49,124 bases of DNA, from contig CANQVR010000001.1 of NCBI GenBank assembly GCA_947627375.1, positions 1-49,124 of the forward strand, read 5' to 3'. The stretch's first letter is position 1. Every line of letters begins with the position of its first letter. Source of the stretch: an uncultured Bacilli bacterium. GTDB lineage: Bacteria; Bacillota_I; Bacilli_A; RF39; UBA660. This document shows positions 45,237-49,124 of the stretch, in pieces. The position numbers were made by a program, and so were the translations under genes. The notes beneath the pieces are model-generated. The model saw only the letters and a program-made list of their open reading frames with translations, did no database searches and had not been told where the DNA came from.

Positions 45237-46067
45237 CTATTTTAGTATCAGTATTATTTTGGGTACAAATATCATGAGTCCAATTACTGCAGAGACAAAA
45301 GCAAAAACTAAAACAGAGGCTGCAGCAGTATCTTTTACTTTTTTAGCAAGCGGATTAATTTCTGGACAAGCAAGATCTACCATGTGTTCAAATGTCGTAT
45401 TTAAAAGTTCGGCTGTTATGACAAGTCCAAATAACATTAGACAAATAATCCATTCATAATTAGTAAGACCGACTATTAAGCCTACAATTATGACTATAAT
45501 AGCTACGATTGTATGAACACATAAATTTTGTTCACTTTCATAAGCATCCATTAAACCATCAAAAGCATGACGAAAACTATCTACTAATCTTTTTTGATCT
45601 AGTGTCTTTAGATATTTTTTTTTATGTTCAAATTTATTCATAACAGCTTTTTGTTTTTGAATCATTTCTTCTTCCTCTTTAGGATTTTGATGATCATAAC
45701 CAAGTAAGTGATAAAAACCATGAACTGTTAAAAAAGTAATCTCTCTTAAAAAAGAATGTCCATATTCTTTGGCTTGACGTCTTGCGGTTTCAATAGAAAT
45801 ATAAATATCTCCTAGAACTCGATAATCATAAACATCGATAGTAGATGTTTGATCGTCTTCCAAAGCAAAACTAATAACGTCAGTTGGTCTATCTATTTTT
45901 CGATATTTCTTATTTAAAGAATGAATCTTTTCATCATCGACTAAAATTACATTCATTTCAATATGATCTAACTTTTCTATGGAAAGCGCTACTTTTAAAA
46001 CTTCTTTAATGCTTTCTATTTCTTTTATTTCTTCTTTAGTTTCATTAACTACTTCTATTTGATTCAT
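45237..46067 (-). CDS. ybeY-dgkA: Fusion: rRNA maturation RNase YbeY plus diacylglycerol/undecaprenol kinase DgkA
   Basis: A single 276-aa ORF. The N-terminal ~150 aa carry HGFYHLLGYDH, the YbeY Zn site. The C-terminal ~120 aa are three TM helices with SFRHAFDG...E.N...H and AELLNT..E..VDL...INPLAKKVKD.AA, which are DgkA motifs. Confidence 0.8.
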   Translation of the reverse strand: MNQIEVVNETKEEIKEIESIKEVLKVALSIEKLDHIEMNVILVDDEKIHSLNKKYRKIDRPTDVISFALEDDQTSTIDVYDYRVLGDIYISIETARRQAKEYGHSFLREITFLTVHGFYHLLGYDHQNPKEEEEMIQKQKAVMNKFEHKKKYLKTLDQKRLVDSFRHAFDGLMDAYESEQNLCVHTIVAIIVIIVGLIVGLTNYEWIICLMLFGLVITAELLNTTFEHMVDLACPEINPLAKKVKDTAAASVLVFAFVSAVIGLMIFVPKIILILK

Positions 46068-46078
46068 AAATTACTCCT

Positions 46079-46675
46079 TTATATTAGTGTTAAACAACAC
46101 ATTAGTAAAAATATTGATATGATATTGAGAAAAATTTCTGATTTAAAAAAGTCAGGTAATTTATCTGCAATTTTGTTCATTATTACATAAAGTAAATAAC
46201 CAATCATACCTCCTATTATATTTAACAAGATATCATCTACATCAAATATTCTACCAATAGATCTTTGAACACATTCTATAGAGATACTCGCTATTACTAT
46301 TAATGATAACATAACATATTTATTTTTTGGTTTGATTATTAAACTAGTAAAAAAACCATAAGGTAAAAATATAAGCATATTACCAACTATATTTCTAATA
46401 AAAAGTCTACTTCCTATTTTGTATCTTAAAATCTCTTTAAAAGGGATAAAATTATTTCTTGCAAAACTTACTACATCTCGATATGTTACTACTTGGAATA
46501 AACATAAAATATAAATTATAAATGTTAAATAAAGTAATTCTTTATATAAAACAAATCTTTCTTTTTTTTGAAATAAATAAGTAATACGTAAAGAAACAAT
46601 AATTATCGTCGATATTAAAACCATAGGCCAAGTAACATCTACTACTCCATGTATGGCATTAGAGAAAAAATACAT
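46079..46675 (-). CDS. VanZ-family membrane protein
   Basis: 198 aa, polytopic, with ...NFIPF... and DDILLNIIGGMIGYLLY typical of VanZ-like proteins. Confidence 0.65.
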   Translation of the reverse strand: MYFFSNAIHGVVDVTWPMVLISTIIIVSLRITYLFQKKERFVLYKELLYLTFIIYILCLFQVVTYRDVVSFARNNFIPFKEILRYKIGSRLFIRNIVGNMLIFLPYGFFTSLIIKPKNKYVMLSLIVIASISIECVQRSIGRIFDVDDILLNIIGGMIGYLLYVIMNKIADKLPDFFKSEIFLNIISIFLLMCCLTLI

Positions 46676-46676
46676 A

Positions 46677-47852
46677 TTATTCCTCCTTTACTTCCTTATC
46701 GTCTTTTGGAATTTCTTTATTCTTAATACTTATAGAATCAGTAATATCTTCCGATACTTTGAAAAATACTTCTACTAATATTTTACTCTTTTTTTCAGTC
46801 TTTTTCAAAACTTTTTTTGAAATAATAGTATCTTCTTTTTGTAACTGTTTTTCTAATTTTTCAGTGGCGAGAGTCAAAGCTTTCGAAGAAGCATTATTTA
46901 TGTTATATTTTTCTTTTCTTAATTTCACTTCTTTTAAATTAGTAATTTTTAAAGAAAGAGGTAAAATATTATTTTTAATAGTAAATTTATCTTCATTTTT
47001 ATAGTTTTTAAAAGATGAGAACAAATTATACGTTTTAGAAAAAATATTTAGTTGTAATACATTTTTATTTCTATTTGTATATTCTTTTTCAGTATAATTT
47101 TTGGGAAGTTCGACATCTACTTCATACCATACTTCTCCATATACTTTACCTTGCGCTCTAACTTTGCTTACTACATCCTCTTTATTTTTTATAAAGCCAC
47201 TAATTATAATATCTCCTTTTTTAACATAGTCATATTTCTTTTTTTGAATTTCTCCACTAGAGGCTTCAATTCTTAAAATCATCGCATCTTTTTTGGCTAC
47301 AATATCTTGTTCATCGCCTATTTTTTTTAACTTATCTTTTTTTCTTTCTTCGACATTGACAATATAAGTAGTACCTGATTCTTTAATTTCTAACCATTCT
47401 AATCTCTCTTTTTCTTTTTCTAAAATTTTTTTGACAATTTTTTCACGTGCTTGAAAAGAGACTTTAAATCTATATGGTTTTAAATTATATTCTTCTAGAT
47501 CTTTCTTAACAAGATTTCTTATTTCTTTATTACTATGAACTACTTCAACTCTAAAAATTAAAGAAGATAAAAAAGTAAGGAGTAAAAAACCAATAAACAA
47601 CGCTAAAAGAAAAAAAGTATATTTTTTTAAAAGTCTTTTATATTTTATTGGTCCATAAGTATTAACAATATCTATTTTATATATCGATTTTAGTTTTTTT
47701 ATTTTTTCTAAATTTTCATCATCTACAATTATAAAGCATTCTTTTTCTTTTATTTCACTATAATTAAAATAGATTTTAAATCTTACTAAATCATTTATTA
47801 CCTGTCTAAAATCTTTACCACTAATTTTTAGTTTATAAAGATTTTTAATCAT
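46677..47852 (-). CDS. yqfD: Sporulation protein YqfD
   Basis: 391 aa with a single central TM segment. The yqfC-yqfD synteny and size are typical. Confidence 0.75.
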   Translation of the reverse strand: MIKNLYKLKISGKDFRQVINDLVRFKIYFNYSEIKEKECFIIVDDENLEKIKKLKSIYKIDIVNTYGPIKYKRLLKKYTFFLLALFIGFLLLTFLSSLIFRVEVVHSNKEIRNLVKKDLEEYNLKPYRFKVSFQAREKIVKKILEKEKERLEWLEIKESGTTYIVNVEERKKDKLKKIGDEQDIVAKKDAMILRIEASSGEIQKKKYDYVKKGDIIISGFIKNKEDVVSKVRAQGKVYGEVWYEVDVELPKNYTEKEYTNRNKNVLQLNIFSKTYNLFSSFKNYKNEDKFTIKNNILPLSLKITNLKEVKLRKEKYNINNASSKALTLATEKLEKQLQKEDTIISKKVLKKTEKKSKILVEVFFKVSEDITDSISIKNKEIPKDDKEVKEE

Positions 47853-48096
47853 GAAAATCTACCTCTATTCTTTTTATTTTTCCTGACAATAACACCTCGT
47901 CTTCGACTAATTTAATTAAAGTTAGATTTTCTCCATATATTAGGACTTTCCCTTTCGTTGTTTTGATTATAACTTCTTGATCAGTTAAAGATAATATTTC
48001 TTTATAGTTTACAATATGTAATTTATATGTATATAAAGTAAGTTTAAATTCTTTATCGATCAGGTATCTAGAAACTTTTTCTATCATAAAGATCAC
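47845..48096 (-). CDS. yqfC: Sporulation protein YqfC (YabP/YqfC family)
   Basis: 83-aa ORF overlapping the yqfD start, with a pattern of ...I.NYKEI......EV.I.T..G...I.G..L. Confidence 0.7.
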   Translation of the reverse strand: MIFMIEKVSRYLIDKEFKLTLYTYKLHIVNYKEILSLTDQEVIIKTTKGKVLIYGENLTLIKLVEDEVLLSGKIKRIEVDFHD

Positions 48097-48127
48097 CTTA
48101 CTTTAGACTATGAAAAAAGAAGAGTAT

Positions 48128-49027
48128 TTAGTCCTCTTCTTTTAATCTATCTAATGTTATGTTACCAAGATAACCATCTTTTAAATCTCTCACTATAATA
48201 TTTGAGACTTTCTCGTAATCAGCAACTCCACCACGAGCAAGCGCTCCTCTTTTTTTAGCAATCATCTCATAAGTATCAATAAAGTCTTCATCTAATTCTT
48301 CGATACCATATCTATTTTTTAATTGCTCGGGATATAATTCATGCATCTTTTTCAATACGAAGATAGCAAGGTCATCAATATTTAATATTTCTTCTTTAAT
48401 AGAAGATAATGCCGCTAAAACTCTCGCACCTTCTTGATCAGTAAGTTTTGGCCATAATACTCCTGGAGAATCTAAAAGTTCGATATCTTTATTAATTCTA
48501 ATCCAAGATAAGTTTTTAGTAACTCCAGGCCTATTTCCGATTTGAGCACTTTTTCTTCCTACCAAACGATTTATTAAAGTGCTCTTCCCAACATTTGGTA
48601 CACCTACTATTAACGCTCTAATACTTCTTGGTTTAAGTCCTTTTTTGATCCTTTTTTCCTGTTCTTCTTTTAATATTTCTTGGCTGGCATCGATTACTTT
48701 AGTAACTTTATCATGGACTAAATCTAGTGGTATTACAGTATAACCTTTATTTTCATAATATTTAATAAACTTATTTGTTTGTGTTTTATCACATAAATCA
48801 TATTTAGTCATTATTAAAATTTTAGGTTTTCCTCTCGTCCATTCATCTATATCAACTATTTTAGATGACATAGGCATTCTAGCATCGATTACCTCATAAA
48901 TTATATCTACAAATTTTAAATTTTCTTTTACTTGTCTTTTCGTTTTGGCCATATGACCTGGATACCAGTTGATTACGATTTTTTGCACCCCCTGTTTTTT
49001 ACTATTATTACTCATTTTCATCACCAC
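48128..49027 (-). CDS. rbgA: Ribosome biogenesis GTPase A (YlqF/RbgA), circularly permuted GTPase
   Basis: It has INWYPGHMAK, then G4 TKYDL before G1 GVPNVGKST and G3 DSPG. The start is uncertain (49015..49027). Confidence 0.9.
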   Translation of the reverse strand: MVMKMSNNSKKQGVQKIVINWYPGHMAKTKRQVKENLKFVDIIYEVIDARMPMSSKIVDIDEWTRGKPKILIMTKYDLCDKTQTNKFIKYYENKGYTVIPLDLVHDKVTKVIDASQEILKEEQEKRIKKGLKPRSIRALIVGVPNVGKSTLINRLVGRKSAQIGNRPGVTKNLSWIRINKDIELLDSPGVLWPKLTDQEGARVLAALSSIKEEILNIDDLAIFVLKKMHELYPEQLKNRYGIEELDEDFIDTYEMIAKKRGALARGGVADYEKVSNIIVRDLKDGYLGNITLDRLKEED

Positions 49028-49124
49028 TTTTCTTCTATTTTCTTTGCCTCATCTATATATTGATAATTTAAGCTATTACTTTTAGATATAGCTGATTTTT
49101 TCGTTTCCTTTTCATATAAATCTT
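49021..49124 (-). CDS. 3' end of an upstream host CDS (partial; product unknown)
   Basis: The frame is open from the window edge, ...DLYEKETKKSAISKSNSLNYQYIDEAKKIEEKW-stop. The stop overlaps the rbgA start region. Confidence 0.3.
   Translation of the reverse strand, partial: DLYEKETKKSAISKSNSLNYQYIDEAKKIEEKW

Noticed and set aside
38177-47004. Plus-strand track ORFs in the host region (38177..38395, 39926..40264, 41235..41420, 42055..42258, 43699..43881, 45133..45459, 46759..47004)
   Set aside because: Each is antisense to a recognisable host gene (coiled-coil protein, yunB/ylmC, GNAT, lipoprotein, recO, era/ybeY, yqfD). They are shadows.
1-49124. Search for a reverse transcriptase, Avd or template repeat to pair with the GC-rich VR-like block
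   Set aside because: None of the ORFs shows RT motifs (no YxDD-type palm in a protein over 250 aa). By eye I found no second copy of the GC-rich block or of its G/C run. A complete DGR is therefore not claimed, and only an orphan VR-like element is reported.

Overview
This is a low-GC (about 27-30% by eye) chromosome segment from an endospore-forming Firmicute. Coordinates 357..35244 hold an apparently complete temperate siphovirus-type prophage of about 34.9 kb. It is integrated into the 3' end of tRNA-Leu(UAA), in the middle of a 10-gene minus-strand tRNA operon (Val-Thr-Tyr-Gln-Lys-Leu | prophage | Ser-fMet-Asp-Phe). An 18-bp direct repeat (TGGTGCCTAAGGCCGGAC) bounds it.

Reading right to left, the prophage contains:
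- integrase, a zinc-ribbon membrane protein and a CI-like repressor on the plus strand
- a divergent switch with two consensus promoters and repeated operators
- a minus-strand early region with a Cro-like protein, small membrane peptides, a replisome organizer with an internal 8 x 12-bp iteron array, a Sak3-like annealase, a YqaJ exonuclease, an SSB-like protein, NinB and many small unknown ORFs
- TerS, TerL, portal, a MuF-metalloprotease fusion, scaffold, major capsid, connectors, major tail, G/GT chaperone, tape measure and baseplate/fibre genes
- three tandem paralogous small genes, holin and amidase endolysin
- a small accessory region next to the left att copy

Right of the prophage (35.8-49.1 kb) are host genes, mostly on the minus strand: S1-domain protein, NifU-like, CotS/YutH-like, DUF1292, YutD-like, yunB, ylmC-like, sigG, GNAT, thioredoxin-like lipoprotein, GH3, recO, yqzL, era, a ybeY-dgkA fusion, VanZ, yqfD, yqfC and rbgA.

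Most interesting observations:
1. A roughly 100-bp, ~60% G+C, NNC-codon block sits at the 3' end of a lectin-like early gene, with a GC hairpin downstream. It looks like an orphan DGR-type variable region, but no RT or template repeat is in the window.
2. A start-less, RBS-less 124-codon ORF is reachable from the capsid gene by a CCC-UAG +1 frameshift.
3. The MuF head protein carries a C-terminal HEFGH...EFFAE metalloprotease-like domain, followed by a small partner gene.
4. A type I toxin-antitoxin-like module lies at the prophage end.
5. Phage-borne promoter and terminator signals appear to repair and insulate the interrupted tRNA operon.
6. A triplicated cassette with a conserved N-terminus and variable C-terminus is preceded by a G9 tract.

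No CRISPR array, rRNA, transposase or reverse transcriptase was seen.
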